From NCBI RefSeq assembly GCF_006345805.1, contig NC_043009.1, forward strand, positions 2,914,001-2,978,000: a DNA stretch of 64,000 nt, read 5' to 3'. This DNA is from Octopus sinensis. Taxonomy: Eukaryota. Below the pieces are notes generated by a model. The model saw only the letters and a list, made by a program, of their open reading frames with translations, was not told where the DNA came from and did not search any database. Below, one piece after another: positions 41,466-56,019 of the stretch. Made by a program: the position numbers and the translations under genes. Position 1 is the stretch's first letter. Every line of letters starts with the position of its first letter.

Positions 41466-41667
41466 AATCAAAATAAGTAACAAGGATATCCAGATGTAAT
41501 GCAGTACGATCGTTTCATGCGACACCATTTAATTGAACAGTGCAAATATTACATCAGTTTTAAAATATTGCTCTACATTTTAAAACTGATATAATATTTG
41601 CATTGTTCAATTAGATGGAGTCGCATGAAACGATCGTACTACATTACCTCTGTTGCTTATTTTGATT
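41466..41667. mobile_element. Long inverted repeat (Penelope pLTR-like foldback) with hammerhead 3' half
   Basis: 41491-41565 is the near reverse complement of 41578-41652, with an outer extension aatcaaaataag. GAAAC-GATC-GTA at 41627-41638. Confidence 0.75.
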
Positions 41668-42500
41668 ATATATGTATATATATATATAAGAAACACATTA
41701 TTCCAACAGGTGTATGTGAGCAAGCATATAAACACAACTGTAGGCGAGCAGGCATGTAGTCTCACGCATGTATACTTATGCATTTCTGTGCGTGTGAATA
41801 TATATTTAAAAAATAAATCCAAACGTATAAATTCAATATTAGTTTCAGTGAATTAATAAGGTGTCAAAGAGACACCTTTCTATCATTACATAGATATGCT
41901 AAATTGATTATTTCAGGTAAAGTAAATTATCGGCTGGATAGCGAGTCAAGGAAAACGCACAAACACAAAATGTAAAAGAAACAACGATATTCAAACTAAG
42001 AAGACAACAAGACCCAACGTCTTTGATCATATATCTACACAGTCATTTCCTGTGATTGAACCATAAAGAAATTCTATGGTGTTTGATATTCGATTCTTTT
42101 TTCTGAAGGTAAAGAAGCAACATATATAGAATTTTGAAGGAACATCAAATTGGAACTCTAACTATAGAAAGAAAATGAGATACACACATAAAGAAAGGAT
42201 AATAGAAATTCAGTCAAGAAAGGTAAGAGAGAAATCGGAAAATAGGTAATAAGAGCGAGTTAAAAAACTTTGCACTTTCTAAAATTATGTTTCATAGCAC
42301 ATTTTTGATGATGACTACGCTAGCAATTATACCGATAGTATAATCTTGTGAGTTACGACAGAAATGTGTATATATTTTACTTATACCAAATTAATCACAT
42401 TTTTATACATTCGTGCAAACACACAGGTCGTTGTGCACAAGATTTGTTCTACAATGGAAATTTCATGTATTTCTGACTCTCTATCTTTAGTTAGGATGAA

Positions 42501-42721
<221 letters not shown>

Positions 42722-42806
42722 GTCTGATATGTGTGCATGTGTATGAATAAACGTGTGTGTTAAATTATTTAGTAAACGAAAATAACAAGTTGGCCTTAAA
42801 TATCGA

Positions 42807-42880
<74 letters not shown>

Positions 42881-43234
42881 TGTGGTGTGTGTGTTGAAAG
42901 TGACAATTATCAAAGTTATCGTTCTGATAAGACATCTAGTTTTAGGACCCCTCAGGATTACAAGTCAACTTTCGTATGTTTTTATACGTCAAAGGCATAT
43001 CTTTAATGGTATGTGTGCAAAAATATTTCAGATTACGATGGAGATACTTCCATGTAAAGAAATACTTGATAAATTTGTAAATTTGCTTTTCAAAGTGTAT
43101 CTGTTCTCAAAATTTACAACTAAAATTATTTTAAAAACAACATATAAACTTGATAAAAATGCAAAATTACTAAGAAAAGCGACGAAAGGAATAGAATGAA
43201 TATCTGTTAACGACCCCTTCACTTCAGCAGCAGT

Positions 43235-43520
43235 GCATCCATCTATCCACCTACTCACCCATCGATCCATCGATCCATCTATCCATCGATCGATCGATCG
43301 ATCCATTCATCCATTCATCCATCAATCATTCCATGCATTCATCCATCCATCCATCCACCCACCCATCCACCCATCCATCCATCCGTCCATCCATCCATCA
43401 TTCTTCCATCCATTCATCTACCCACCAATCCATCCATCCATTTATCCATCCATCCATCCATCCATCCATCATTCTTCCATCCATTCATTCATCCACCCAC
43501 CCATCCATCCATCCATCCAT
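43235..43520. repeat. (CATC)n microsatellite
   Basis: Direct inspection; explains the HPSI-repeat ORFs. Confidence 0.95.
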
Positions 43521-43617
43521 CACATGTGTGTGTGTATACCCATATATATATATATATATATGAATATACACACACATACACACACACACCTATATATATA
43601 TATATATATATATATAT

Positions 43618-43733
43618 TCTTTTATTTGCTTCAGTCATTCTGACTGCGACGTTGCTGGAGCACCGCCTTTAGTTGAGGAAATCCACCCCAGGACTTATTC
43701 TTAGTACTTATTCTCCCGGTCCCTTTTGCCGAT
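43618..43733 (-). mobile_element. SINE family A 3' part
   Basis: cttcagtcattctgactgcg..gctggagcaccgcctttag..ccccaggacttattct. Confidence 0.85.
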
Positions 43734-43754
43734 ACAGGTATTTGGCAGCGGACA

Positions 43755-43990
43755 CATTTGGCATACCGGATTGAATGCAAAAAATGTAAGAAGGTCTACA
43801 TTGGCAGCACGAATCGAACACTCAACACTCGCATTAAAGAACGCCTCAAAACATGTGCGCCCTCATTTAAAATACACATTGACTAATGTAGAAACATCAA
43901 CCAACATTTTACTGTTACCATTAAAGCGAGTGATAGAAATGTGGGCAATAGTTTCCACCCCTAGATAAATAATAGATAAGAACTCGGCAT
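43755..43990 (+). mobile_element. Penelope-like element GIY-YIG endonuclease remnant
   Basis: From 43761: AYRIECKKCKKVYIGSTNRTLNTRIKERLKT..SFKIHID*C...HP*INNR*EL, the PLE signature Y.I.C..C...YIG.T.R.L..RIKE(H). Confidence 0.85.
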
Positions 43991-44129
43991 ACAGTACTTG
44001 CCATAGAAAGACACACCCACAGACACAGAAACGAATAATTCCATACAAAAGAAGAAAACTGGCTTGCAAAGTACTATATCAGAAATTGACACCATTCACA
44101 AGGAAAGCGAAATAACCATCAAAAACAAT

Positions 44130-44377
44130 TGGAAAAATTTATTAAATTTAAATCTAAATATTATATATATCTGTAAATGTAATATGTGACAATTATTCGG
44201 TAGCCAAGATAAAACGCTGAGTTTCGGATGCCGAGGTGGCCATCGTAAAAATGCTATGAAAAATGACCGTTATACAAAGGGAGATGACTGTTATTCACCG
44301 CTATTTAGATAAATTCCTCTATTTACATAAAATCGAGGTATCTTTCCTTCTTTTGTTATCTTACTGTTTTTACCCAT

Positions 44378-44378
<1 letters not shown>
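44130..44378. mobile_element. Probable Penelope pLTR-like repeat with hammerhead-like 3' half on the minus strand
   Basis: Minus strand catcc-GAAAC-TCAGC-GTT (44230-44213). The plus strand ends ...ttttaccc next to (TA)n. Adjacent to the GIY-YIG remnant. Confidence 0.4.
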
Positions 44379-44421
<43 letters not shown>

Positions 44422-44445
44422 ATATATATAATATATATATATATG

Positions 44446-44477
<32 letters not shown>

Positions 44478-44965
44478 CATGTATGTATGTATATATGTAT
44501 GTATGTAGGCATATATGTATATATGTATGTATGTATGCTTGTATGGACATATCTAATCTAAAAGAAGGGTATAAGTATGAGTTTAGCACATCTTTAGCGA
44601 CTAGTTGCAACTCTTTCTCAACGATTCTCCTTTCACGCCATCGTATAATGTGAAATGCTACGTGGTACTATAATAGTTACAGTTTTAAATTCAGATTCAC
44701 GCTTCATCGGAGTTTCATCAAATGGTGCACTCTTACACCGTGCATCTGCTGCAAACAGGAACAATTGTTACTTGTTATTAAAGAAGTTCCTAACGCATGT
44801 TTTGGCAAAGTGGGGATAGTAGGCCCCTTGTTCGAGGTGTAAGGACGCAGTCGTGTGTCGATAGCCAACTGGAAAAGATATTTTTCAGGAGCTAAAAAGG
44901 TAGTAACATCGTCCTAATCTCTCTCTCCCTCTCCCCCTCTCTCCCCCCTCTATTTCTCTGCGCCT

Positions 44966-45031
<66 letters not shown>

Positions 45032-45833
45032 GCGTGTGCGTGTGTGTGTGTACATTGTACATATGCATATATATACACATATACATATTTCTATATATAT
45101 ATATATATATGTTTACATGTCTGTGTGTGTGAGTGTGTGTTTGTGTGTTTGTGTGCGTGTGTGTGTGTGTGTATGCGTGTGCTAATTTGTAACTTAATAT
45201 AAGAACTTAGAGAACTCTACCGCCCTCACAGTTCTCAATAGTCCAAAGTAAACCACTTCGGAGGAGCGTAATCAGGAGCATCACTGAAACAGAAATGCTA
45301 AACAACCCACTGATGAAATTATTTCATGCGGAGTATATAAACCACAAAAGTCAGGATGTATGAGTGGTGAATATATTCATTTAATCACTTGAATACATTT
45401 ATTTAATCTCAATTATATGTAGTTAATGAGCTGTAACCACTTAGGTTTACAGCCGTTTTGCAGCCTTTTTCTATCACTACTTACATTATGGAGGAGATTA
45501 TGCTGAAAGTGTTGCATTAAAAATTATGCCTACAAAAACAAAGGATCTCTAGAGAGAAAATCGTTGGTGCAACTGTGTTGTTGTGGCGATTGATGAGCGA
45601 CTTTACATGCGCTTACGCTGCATTGAGTTGTGAATATATAACTGCATTTCATAATGGCGAGCATGCATTTTGATATTGGTCCGTAACAATAATATTCTCC
45701 ACACTGTTATACACGAATGATGTAAAATGCTTAAATAAATATATTCACCTCCCGTACCTCCTGATATTTTATGGGTTACATATGTAGGTATATATACACA
45801 TATGTGTGTGTGTTTTTATACGTACATACATAT

Positions 45834-45902
<69 letters not shown>

Positions 45903-47220
45903 CATATATATATGTATGTATATATGGGTACGCATGTATGTATGTACCTATATTTCATATTTATATATACATATATTATATAATATATATGATATATACA
46001 AACATACGAATGAAAATATATACATGATATGGTCAAGTTATTTTCGTGTATGTGTATTGTGCATGCATGTGCAAGCGCGAATCTATCTCTGTGTACGTCT
46101 GTGGGTGAATTTCTGTAAAAACTCTGTCTTAATTATTGTTTAGGGGAACGAATTAACATTATCATTACCAACATTTTTTTGCCATCCTTTTCTTTTCATA
46201 TTCGACGCTTAATGTTTAAAATCATTTGGTTAATATATCCAATATAAATGTGTCCATACACCTATACATACAGGCCCATATAGACGCACATAAATATATG
46301 TATATATACACATAAATAAATGCATACATACATATATATATTTATTCAGATGTAGCTATTTTTATTTATATATGTATATAGGCATAAATATATGCATAGT
46401 TATACATATATATAAAAATATACATATACATATACATATATATATATATATATATTTGTATATATATATATATATACATAAGTATACATACACACACAAA
46501 TACATACGTAAATATACTACATACACGTTTATACATGTGTGATGTATGTGGAGTATGTATAAGAAAGTGCTACAATGTTTTGTGTGTACGTATGTCTTTA
46601 GTTTCTAATACGCCAACCATTATCAGTTAGATATATTAGATTTCTGAATTTCTTACGCTTACACTTGCTATTTTTCTGTCTGTTATGTTTTCTTCTCACT
46701 TTGTCGCATTACCTCATTGATTCATTCTACATTTCTCTATTATTTTCTTCACAAGTTTTTTTCTTTCTCTTTTACCATTTTCTTTTGGTACGTCTTGCAC
46801 TGTCGTTCATTTCTTACTTCTTATTTAACTTTATATCTTTTTTTTTCTTTCTCCTTTTATAACTTTTCTCTTTTTCCTATTCTCCTCTTAAGCCAGCGAT
46901 TAGATGATCAGTTTTATTGCTTTGCTAAATTTCGTACGTGTTTAGTATTCTATATGACTGTTAATCGACTCTCTAGCGCTCTTTGTAATCTTGGTCTCTC
47001 TCAAATGGTGTAGCTATGACTAGCGTCGGTTTCTATATAAAGGAATAGATAGGTAGAGCTGTCATGCTTTGAGAAACCTAAAAGAAAGTTATTAGATGCT
47101 GTTAGTTTTTTTGTACTTTCTTTCTCTACATTCATCTTATTTCCCATCCTTTCTCTCTCCCTACTTACATAATACACATGTACATACACACACCTATATA
47201 TACACACCTATATATACACA

Positions 47221-47293
<73 letters not shown>

Positions 47294-47901
47294 GAGATGG
47301 GCTGTGTGTGTGATTCTGCAAATATATGTGCGCATCTCAATGAATGAATGTGTGTGTATATTTCTGAGTTTCGGTACCTACATATTCGGGATTCATATAC
47401 GGGTACATGTGTATGCATATAACTTCTGCATCAGGTTTAAAAAATTCTGCTGATGATGAATGAATTGTAAAACCACACGCATACAATAAATATCTTTACT
47501 TCCTTCTTGCTGTATATCTCTAATTATTCTAGCTTTACTTTTTCCCTTGCTCTCTCCTTCTCTGTTGCTCCCTCCTTAACTTTTCCTGCCTATATACATA
47601 TATGCGCGCGCACATACATACACACACATATACATATATATGTATGCTTGTGTGTTTATATATATATATATGTGTGTTTGTGTGTGTGTATTAATATATG
47701 ATTGTACATATGTGTGTGTGTGTTTGGGCACGTGTGTGTGTATGGAAGCACCCACTCGACTATCACTGAATACAAAGAGTGTGACGTGTATGAATGATGT
47801 AAAAAAATCACGAGAGTAAGCTATCATATAAAAGCGTATGACATGAGAAATGTCATGCCGGATAAAAACGCATCACACACATATATATATGCATATATAT
47901 A

Positions 47902-47959
<58 letters not shown>

Positions 47960-50174
47960 TGTGTGTGCGTGTGTGTAAGGAGAGAAAGGAAGTAAAAGTA
48001 TAAAAGCAATGAATAAATAAGAATAGTGAGATCTCTCGTAAATAATGTAACCTATGGTATTGAATTCATACTAAATGAGACTGCGAAAGAAATATTGCGC
48101 AAGTGTGGAACATCTATTACGATTACCTTTCTCTGTCGCACACGGACACAGACACACACAAACGCACACACATACACACACACACACACAACACACACAC
48201 ACACACAGGTACACACACACAGAAGCACGCACGTATGTAGATATATGTTTCTCAATCCATATCCTTTCTTGAAGCGTCTAGAAAATTCAACCTTGTGGAC
48301 ATTATTAGGTGGAAAGAAAGTTGTCTTGTAGGTTAAGACAACCTTACCTGTAGATTCACATATAAAATAGTGTGTCGTATATTTTATTCACCATTCTGCT
48401 AATAAACGCTGTCCTCTTTCAAATATTCTCTGGACACAGGCTTTAATGTCTGGTTAAAACAATTTCTGAAATGATATGGTAGCAGTTAAAATGTGTATCT
48501 TCATTATATTTTAGTGCAAATACCGTACTGCATAAGCCATTAATATATATTGTATGCTTATTCTGCAATATGAATCTAAAATTGAATATTTATAACCTTA
48601 TAATACGCTTACACTGCTTTCTGAAATTCTAGAATTAAACAAATCTTATCCATCCATGATAAGGTTCTTAATTTTTGAATTAGATTATACTCTCATTTAT
48701 AGTGCTTCATATCATTAATTTTATATCAATGAAATTTATTCACTTCATATCTTAATTAATTTTTTGTTATAAATTTAATTACTTATGTTCCTCGTAGCTT
48801 CTAAAACACGAAAACATGGTGTTGAGTAGTTTAGTTGTTATATTTTCTGTCTTAGCTCTATCAGTTCGCGTGTTCAATTTCTGGAAGTGAAAATGTGCCG
48901 CTCATGGAGTTCGTGTAGTATTGCTCCGACCGAATCACCTGAGGTGAATACATGCCAAATGCTGTTCCAATATTCACTTCCTTCCGATTGTCTTATCCTA
49001 TAATTTCTGCTTAGTCAATGATACGAACGCGACTACAGAGGAACCTAAAACATTCAGTGTTATCATATTACTTACTGTCAAGGTAATTGCTGTTCCACAG
49101 GATACTCACTTAATTGGATGTCAGAATTTTGATGTTCATTTAATTTGTGAAAATGAAGCTTTCTAAGAAATCTAAGAAACGTTTTTTGTATATCCTTCCA
49201 TGGGATGCCATGGCCATACTTTTGTATGAAAATAAAATGAAGCATTATACGTTTCCCTTTCCAAACCTGCCATACCTCATGCCTCACCAGAGAAATTTCA
49301 CAATAATTATTTCAAGATATATGTAATGACTAATCGTATAATATTCTATAACAGTTAAGCAAAGCTTGTTTTCGTTCATAGAAATATGGCACTGAATAGA
49401 AACCCCAATGTAAAATTTTAATATTTTGCATATATCATTATGTTGCATTCATTTCAAATAGAATATCCCCAACAGTTGAATGTGTAATTCAAACTCAGCA
49501 CATTGTTTGGGAAACGTTATGAAATAACAACAGAATTTAGCAGGCTGTTCAGTTTGATATTTATTTACATTTCTATACTTTTGTAAACAATGCGGTTCTG
49601 GCATCAATGTGTATAGATTTGTCTGCCTAAACGTTCAGTTTCCATTTCTATATTTAAATTAGGTTTAACACGTTAATAATTATGGTGTATAATAGAGAGA
49701 ATGTATATATAAAGACATTGTTGAAACATATTCGTTTTCTTTGTTCCGTTAGGTAATAATTTTATTAGAATCCATTGTTATTCAACTTTATATTTCAGTT
49801 TCATTTTGTCAATTGCAAAATCTTTTGATTATATCAATTAGATATTTTTTTTTCTATTCGAATATACAAATACCTTATTTGGCGATGAATAATATAAATC
49901 TATGCTTTAACATGTTTACTGTTTGTTGTTAGATGACAATTTATAGTGAGTGATGTCGAATGAAACATAATTCAAAAACAATGCGAAAAGAAAAGAAGCC
50001 GGTTCGTTGAAATTTCAGCTTTCTGATTTCAATAATTAATGATGAATTTAGATATTATATTTCCATATACTTTTAAAAAGTTAGAATGTTCGCAGCCTGG
50101 ATGTTTTGACCGTATGCATGCACAATCACGCTTTACCTGGTTCTAAATTGCTTCAACAATCCATCAACTATTAA

Positions 50175-50880
50175 CCCTTTGACAACGGTTGACGCAAATA
50201 TGCGATCACACTTTTGCTTGCCTAACTGCGGTTAACGTAAATATACGACGTAGAGCTACCCTACATCTATCACAGACATTTTAGCGGCTGACGTTAGTTT
50301 ACGTTCGCTATCGTGTATTTTATCTGTTTAGGTGCGTTCGCTCGCCGTCCTGTGCATTATCTCTTTCTATATATATAAACGGCAAAATGCCTGTCTCCGT
50401 GTGTGTATCCTTTATACAATATCCACAATTTTTCAGTTAGAGGGCTCGCACTTTCTATGGTCATTCAAAACCGTCCAGGAGTGGTCGTGCACATTTTTAC
50501 ATTTCCGCAGTCACCCCGCAAAGCCATTTAAAAGTCAATAGAAGTGACTAAATATGCACCATTGGAAAAGTTCCGAACAATTGAAAACATTGATAATACC
50601 TCATTGATCGAAGTGTTAGTACCTAGATGGAAAGTGTTTGGTGTGCAGCACCATCAAAATTCATTACTGCAATTATGTGAAAATGCCGCAAGGGGTGTGA
50701 GGCAAACAAAACATAAGACATGGTTTTGCATATCACTTTGTGTAAGTTCAATCTGCTAAAGTTTTTACATACGCATCGGAAGATCATGTAATCCAAAGCC
50801 TCTCATTTAAAACGAATCATAAAATATTAGTTTCTTCAAGTAAAAAGAAAAACAATCTGAAAATTCTATGAATTAACATA
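50175..50880 (+). mobile_element. Possible degenerate piggyBac-like element hosting a Helitron insertion
   Basis: TTAA|CCCTTT at 50171-50180. The Cys-rich tail QLCENAARGVRQTKHKTWFCISLCVSSIC resembles the piggyBac CRD. No right TIR found. Confidence 0.4.
50360..50550 (+). mobile_element. 5' part of non-autonomous Helitron related to 36481-36856
   Basis: A|TCtctttctatatatataaacggcaaaatgcctgtc resembles A|TCtctctctatataaacggcagtttgtctgt. The 3' end was not found. Confidence 0.6.
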
Positions 50881-51904
50881 AAAATACAAAACTAGAAGAT
50901 AATATCCGGCGTATTGAAGTCGTAGATGAACTAAAAGCTCTAGAATTTATTTGCTGGATAGTATAAACATTCCAGTCAAGTTTCAACGTAGCCTACCAAA
51001 CAAGTAGCAATAAGGAATAAAACATGTTCTCATAAACTCTATATACACAGTAGAAATTATACGAATTGGTATTCCGTTTTATAAAGAGAAACTCGGCAAA
51101 TCCGTTTTCTTAGTCACCATCAAACATCAAAATATCGAGCAATAACATGAAGCATCAAAGATTTAAATTTCTGCCTTCATCTATATTTCATCTGCATTTT
51201 TTTTTAGGTTTTAATTCCTTTGAATGTACTTCCAGTTCTCTTATAATGATAAAAAGTAAAAAGAAAAACAAAAGTTAAAAAGAATAATAAAAAATCAACG
51301 AAAGTAAATACTATCCTCACCATCTTTTTATGCTTAATATTATTTCCTTTTTACCACCCTAAAAGAACATTAGTAACCGAGCATTTCCGCCAGTGCAATT
51401 GGCTTGCTTGCCTTTTATTTCCAGTTTTATTACGTTTCTGCTAAATTCCAGCGAAACTCTAAACTTTGACGACTCTTATTATTCCTTTGGAACTTTGCCT
51501 CAGAACGTTTCATCCTTCATCGTGATTCTCACTAAAAATTACGTTCTGCTATCTCTTATAACTATCGTTGGCTAATTCGTTTAACTTCTCAACATGTTTC
51601 GCTAATGTTTTGTTATGACGCTTTTGGGGAAAGAGATTTCGCTATTCCATGCACACCCCAGCACTGATATTTTTGGCTTTATTTTTGTTTTAATTCTATT
51701 ATTTGTGACCAAATATTTGTTTCAGTTTTACTGTGCTGCGTCTGTATGTTTCATAGTTTTAATGTTTCCTTACTTTGTTTTTAGCTTACATATCCGTTTG
51801 TCCCTTTTATGAAGCCGATATGTATGTATGTATGCATATATATATATGTTTTGATGTACGAATTTATGAACGTTTGTGTCTATCGATATTTGTGTCCACC
51901 AATG

Positions 51905-52040
51905 ATGCATTGGCAGAAATGGTTTGTGGGTCGGGGGTAAGTTGGCCGTGCGTCATTTGTCCAATTTTTCTACTCTGTGTGTTCAAAATAAGCCGAGGTC
52001 GTTTATGCGTTCCATTCTTTCGTGGTCAATCTATAAAAAA
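51905..52040 (+). mobile_element. SINE family B, old copy
   Basis: tggcagaaat...tgttcaaaataagccgaggtcg..cattctttcgtggtc. Confidence 0.6.
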
Positions 52041-52699
52041 TCTTTCCGGTGTTGATCGCCGCTATTATAAAAACGTTATTATAAGAGTTATTAGATGGTA
52101 ATTGATTCGGATCTTAGAATCATGTGTTCAAACTCCAGATAGTCTCCCCGGCATTTGGGCAGGGCACATTAAACTGATAGTGGCCTCAAGTGTCATATCA
52201 AGTGTCTCGTTTATGGGTTCAACGTCTCGGTCTACTTAATATGAGTGGATTGAGACAGAGCTCTTGCTTTGTCACCAATTAATTGAAGAAGCAGTAAAAC
52301 ACAAAAACACAAACATGCATATATGATATACACTTGCACACACGGCTGTGGTGGTCTGAATGATTCACAAAGGGTGTGAAACCGGTACCAGGCACGTTCT
52401 CGGACTATGTGCACCGAATGTCATTACAGAATTGCAAACTCTTGGAGAAGTTGTTATACGTATTTAAATCTAAGGAATTTTGGAATACGTATAAAATCGT
52501 AAGAAATCGTTTATGTTAGTTGGTGCTGTTCCTTCACATCTACCGGATTTTATATTAAACTTTATTCATTCCGGAGCTAATAAATGTGGTTTTAGAAAGG
52601 TTACACAATAAATAAACCACAACATGTATTTTCGGGAACATAGTTTTACATATGATTTTATTACTAATATTAATAGGAGTATTAGGGTAATTGTTCGGA

Positions 52700-53690
52700 A
52701 GAGCTTGGTATTGACTTTCTTTCTGTATTTAGTTACTGTTTCCTAGATGCTTAGTTCAAATCACAGGGAAGACACATTTCTGTTTCAACATTTCGCTGTC
52801 GATAAAATGAAGTCAACTACTGATTTCAAAATGGTGGACTGTATATCTTCCCAAATTTGAAGATCTGCGCATATATTAGAAATCAATATAATTAAAATCA
52901 AACCGACGAGCTGGCAGTATTGGTATCATGCCGAGCAAAATGTGTAATGGTATATCGTCAGTTTTTTTCTTCTGAGTTCAAATTCAACCAAGGTCTGTTT
53001 CAAATTTGATCCCATTGGGATCTATGAAATATGTATCGGGGTCGATAAAATATGTCAACGTGTGAGGCACCAATATTAAGGAAACGGATATATTCGCAAG
53101 CTGGCACTATCGTTAGCATGTCAGACAAAACGCTTAGCGGTATTGCGTGCGGTTTATAAGTTCTGAGTTCAAATGTCACCGGTATTGAATCCCTTTCATC
53201 ACTTCGAGGTTGATAGAATAAATAAGTACCAATTGGGCCGATGTAATTGACTTCTCTTTATCCAGAACATGCTGGTATTGTTAAAAAAAAATTGAAAACA
53301 AAGCGAATAAAACAAAGGCGTCCAGCTGGCAGAATCATAGGTATGCCAGGTAAAATGCTCAGCAGCATTTAACCGCGTTTACGTTCTTAATTCAAATGCC
53401 GCCGACGGCAACGTTGATTTTTATCCCTTTGTGATTGATAAAATATATACGAATTGATCACTGTGGTAGATGTAATCTAGTTGCTCCCTCCCACGAAATT
53501 ACTGGTCTCGTGCCAGTATCTGGAACCAATATTAATAAAAAGAATAATGCAACCGATTATAATTCCCATTTTACCCACTGGATCGATACAAATGAAGTAA
53601 GAATCAATAATTAGGATTAATTATATCAAGTAAAACTCCGGTCAAAATGTGTTGTCCGTTCTCAATGTTACACATAGTTCTTAATAGGAA
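52700..53690 (+). mobile_element. Head-to-tail cluster of about 5 old SINE family B copies
   Basis: Repeated agctggca heads (about 52910, 53099, 53324) and (g)ttcaaat B boxes (about 52754, 52976, 53167, 53390), plus a partial tail at about 53565-53680. Confidence 0.75.
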
Positions 53691-55113
53691 TAGGACTATA
53701 GCACATATTCTACAATTCATCTCATAATAATTAATGCGTTGATATACGATATATTCTTAATTTATTCGAAACAACCAATATTTATGCAAGATTCATTAGA
53801 AGAGTATTAAAGTAAAGCTCTCACTAATTTGAAAAATATCAAAGAATCTGCAGCAGGTCGACATTTAATGTTCCAAATTTTCTCAAGTGCACTAGAAACA
53901 CATCTTGAGAACTGGAACTGATGCTCTTGAGACTGTCTTAGAAATGTCTCAGAATGCCTTTAAAACAAAGTACACATTACTCCACACAGATTGGCATGTG
54001 CATTCATATGCAAGCATTTATGAATATAAATATATAAAAGGAAACAAACACTTTCATACGTCTCAAATAACCATTTAGCAAATACTTCAAAATGTATGTC
54101 CTTTTCAAATACGTACACACATTCAAAAGCACACACACACATATCTGTATGTATTCTTAGATTTATATATATATATATATGCATATACCTAATTACACCC
54201 TCCTCTGCTTATTTGTGAGTGTATTTGTATATATGTATGTTGTTATGCAGATACGAAGGTAGACATCTACGTATACATGCGCCTAAACTATGCTAGCAAA
54301 CATTCATATAAGCATATATATTTATAGACACATAAATGTTTGCAATGCTGTGTGGGGCTATATGTGGATCTGTTCGCATGTATTTCTGTTTACGTAAATT
54401 TGCTTGTGAAATAGAAATATAGGGAAAGGTACAGAGATACTCAATGGAGTTTATTCCAGATCTGTATAGTATAAATTGTTTAAAATCACTTCAAACTCTC
54501 AAATTATCGACTGTCTTAGAGATAGACTACCCTCCATCATCGCTGGACGTGGGTCCCGGTTTGCATTTTTCTGCTTTCCTTTGTAACTTCCTTCAATGTA
54601 TTATTATTAGAAATTATTGTTACAGGTCTTGTATGTTGAATGAGGAGGGAACAGTTCCGGGAATCGACGTTCTGTGACTAGGAAGAACTATAAGTGCAAA
54701 TCATAGGGAGGTGTGGTTACAGATAGAATAACGAGATCGTATCTGACGCGAGCGTCGGAGTGCTCAAGGCCACTCTCCCCATTGGTCAACAGCCATTGCA
54801 TTAGACGTCGAAACGTGAAAGTGGAGACAGCACGACCTAACTGAATTGACTTCATACCAATTATTTGGGTCGCATTCGAATATAATAAAACATTATGTGC
54901 TTAGCTACAGCACCTTTTCATAAGTTGAGGCAGTTGTCTATGAGTTTCTCGCTTGAATTGACCTGGCGGTTGGAGTATTGTTTTACTTCTGAATTCGCCG
55001 TCAGTTCTTATGATGTAGGTATTGTTATACGTGTGAAAAAACACGTGGGAAGCCGACGTTCAATCAATCCTTGTATAAATGTATAACTAAATATAATAAA
55101 TTGAGAAATACCT

Positions 55114-55346
55114 ATTTCTTTACTACCCACAAGGGGCTAAACACAGATGGGACAAAACAAGGGCAGACAAACGGATTAAGTCGATTACATAGACCCCAGT
55201 GCGTAACCGGTACTTAATTTATCGACCCCGAAAGGATTAAAGGCAAAGTCGACCTCGGCGGAATTTGAACTCAGAACGTAAGGGTAGACGAAATACGGCT
55301 ACGCATTTCGCCCGGCGTGCTAACGTTTCTACCAGCTCGCCGCCTT
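55114..55346 (-). mobile_element. SINE family B, full length, young, with perfect 17-bp TSD
   Basis: Reverse complement of the 35196-35429 family. TSD taaattgagaaatacct at 55097-55113 and 55347-55363. Confidence 0.95.
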
Positions 55347-56019
55347 TAAATTGAGAAATACCTTCTTTTCTATTACTCTGTTGGATGGCGTTCGACATTT
55401 TTGTCACAGAATCAGAGAAATATTGGCGGAAGATGGTTGTATTGAATGAGAATAATATCTGGGTTCAAATATTAATGTAAGGTTGAAATATTGTATAACA
55501 AACTTGTGTTGTCTGCAAGTAGATAATTATTGTAAAGACGAAGTTACCTAGAAATTATGATCCTCACTATTCCCGAATTTTCTTGGATTCCGCGTTCATC
55601 GCAAAAGGCTTGATCTCTTTCTCAAATCTGATGTGATATGAGTTTTTCACTATCACCTATGAACGTTTCTTTATCCTTGTAATCCGAGGCCTATATCACT
55701 GCGATAATGAAGATAATTGCATTGGTTTTTGTATTTGCTGATGCGTTCGTAAAGTATTCGCTTGCTCGAGAACTTTGATTCAGAGAACATTTTCCCTTAA
55801 TCCAGAATTAATTGTTTCGACAATATTAAACGACACGATAGAAAGAAGAGCAGAGTCAATACAAACTACTTGTACAGTGGTGAAGATAAGAACGTCATAT
55901 TTGATCATGCGGACCTCAATACATATTTACTAAACAATAAAGTATAGGTTTGCAGCTGTTGCCTGTTTTATAATAGAAGCAATCCGTCGATGATAAACCA
56001 AAATTTAACAACTCCAGTA

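Noticed and set aside
48856-49290. Possible small exons (+ 48856-48943; - about 49220-49111)
   Set aside because: Splice-like sites are present, but the peptides are unrecognisable and such sites arise often by chance in AT-rich DNA.
52700-53690. Regularly spaced repeats as a CRISPR-like array
   Set aside because: Units are about 200-bp diverged SINEs in a eukaryotic context, with no cas genes.
54618-54910. Possible solo LTR (TGTTACA...AATAAA...TACA)
   Set aside because: No second LTR, TSD or convincing PBS/PPT.
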